A DNA stretch of 63,843 bases, the filler included, from Folioceros fuciformis (lineage: Eukaryota): assembly GCA_049999805.1 (NCBI GenBank). It is 6 parts of 6 records of this genome, joined end to end, with 100 filler letters (N's around TTAATTAATTAA, not from the genome) between each part and the next. Parts side by side here need not be neighbours in the genome. Positions count along the whole stretch, not along the records: positions 56,915 to 63,843 come from JBNGIO010005501.1; 5 more parts are not named here. One strand, given 5' to 3'. The first letter of the stretch is position 1. Each line of letters starts with the position of its first letter. Below the pieces are notes generated by a model. The model ran no database searches. It was given only the letters and a program-made list of their open reading frames with translations, and had not been told where the DNA came from. Shown here one piece after another: positions 63,003 to 63,843 of the stretch. A program made the position numbers and the translations under genes.

Positions 63003-63698
63003 TCAAAATAGACGATTAATTTGTCCGATAGGCGCACTTGGTTTCCGATCGCCGCGGGCGGAGAAAGGACATGCACATTCGGAGCAGATCATCTCGGCTT
63101 GGTCAGCTATATTTACTAGAATATCTGTCTCATCATCAAAATCAGAATCTCCTTTGGGAAGGAGCCTATCTAGATGATCTCGAATATTGCTAATTTCTTG
63201 TTGCAAAAAGGCAAAGTTAGAATGATTGGATTTTTGGGTAAGTCTAATGTTACTCTTTATGCAACCAAGAGTTTCTAGCAAATTATTCAAGCCGGGAAAT
63301 GAAGGGCCAGCAACCAAGTTAGGAATATGTTGAAGAGTTAATTGGATTGCAGAAACTTGCAACAAATCAAAAGAGGTAAGTAGATCTTGTCTAGCAAGTC
63401 TAATCAAATTCCCTTGATCTGGTGACTTAATCAAAATAGATCCAATGAAATTAGCAACTTGTTTAGAGACTACTTCAAGCTCTTCACAGCCATGCACTTT
63501 GTTGTTTTTGTGGTCCTTCTGTCCCTTCTCTTGCCTTGCAGCCTTGATATTTCTCCAAACTCCTTGTTTAGTGGGATTTGGTGAATTCATGGTGCAAGGG
63601 CAAGGATTTGATGCACAATTTGTGCATCCTGAAAGTATGATGCTGAGCTTGATCCATTTGCTGCCAAAGGCGAGATCTCCAGCGCATAGAAGTTCCAT
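63003..63698 (-). CDS. Extra ORF (231 aa) between PBS and gag, unknown function
   Basis: Open frame in element-sense orientation, ending 11 bp before the gag ATG (62991). Cys clusters CTNCASNPCPC and CSECAC. Confidence 0.5.
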   Translation of the reverse strand: MELLCAGDLAFGSKWIKLSIILSGCTNCASNPCPCTMNSPNPTKQGVWRNIKAARQEKGQKDHKNNKVHGCEELEVVSKQVANFIGSILIKSPDQGNLIRLARQDLLTSFDLLQVSAIQLTLQHIPNLVAGPSFPGLNNLLETLGCIKSNIRLTQKSNHSNFAFLQQEISNIRDHLDRLLPKGDSDFDDETDILVNIADQAEMICSECACPFSARGDRKPSAPIGQINRLF

Positions 63699-63784
63699 TT
63701 AAAGATCTAATTGGAAAGGAGGCATAGGAGAATGGATGCCTTAGGAGAAAATAGGAAAGTAGCTCTAGCATCAAGAGCAAAGCT

Positions 63785-63796
63785 GCTCTGATACCA
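63785..63796 (-). promoter_or_regulatory. tRNA-iMet PBS (5' LTR begins at 63797, runs off window)
   Basis: TGGTATCAGAGC on the minus strand, abutting the LTR terminus. Confidence 0.88.
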
Positions 63797-63843
63797 TGAT
63801 GAAAATCATGCTAAGCTCTAGCATAAAAGATGCTTGCATTACA

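Overview
Eukaryotic, almost certainly plant (probably non-seed plant or streptophyte), transposon-rich DNA. It is not one contiguous locus. Five identical artificial spacers (44 N + TTAATTAATTAA + 44 N) join six unrelated scaffolds: 1-4721, 4822-17778, 17879-32697, 32798-47872, 47973-56814 and 56915-63843. The content is nested, mostly decayed LTR retrotransposons (about eight Ty1/Copia copies, several Ty3/Gypsy copies and LTRs), a MULE transposase remnant and tandem repeats. No intact host gene was found. Four observations stand out. (1) A Ty3/Gypsy element carries a full-length but disrupted DNMT3-like C5 cytosine methyltransferase domain in its pol, between protease and RT (about 28450-29400). 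(2) Three independent Copia elements each have an intron-containing gene on the antisense strand, tail-to-tail right after the RNase H stop. The ORF track misses these genes. Two share motifs and the same intron position, and the third lies inside its element, before the PPT and 3' LTR. (3) A TSD-bounded Athila-like element has a ~5.9 kb LTR that captured an intronless aldo-keto reductase fragment and has a conserved structured 5' RNA. (4) A Copia is primed by half-tRNAiMet and its Gag start codon lies inside the PBS.
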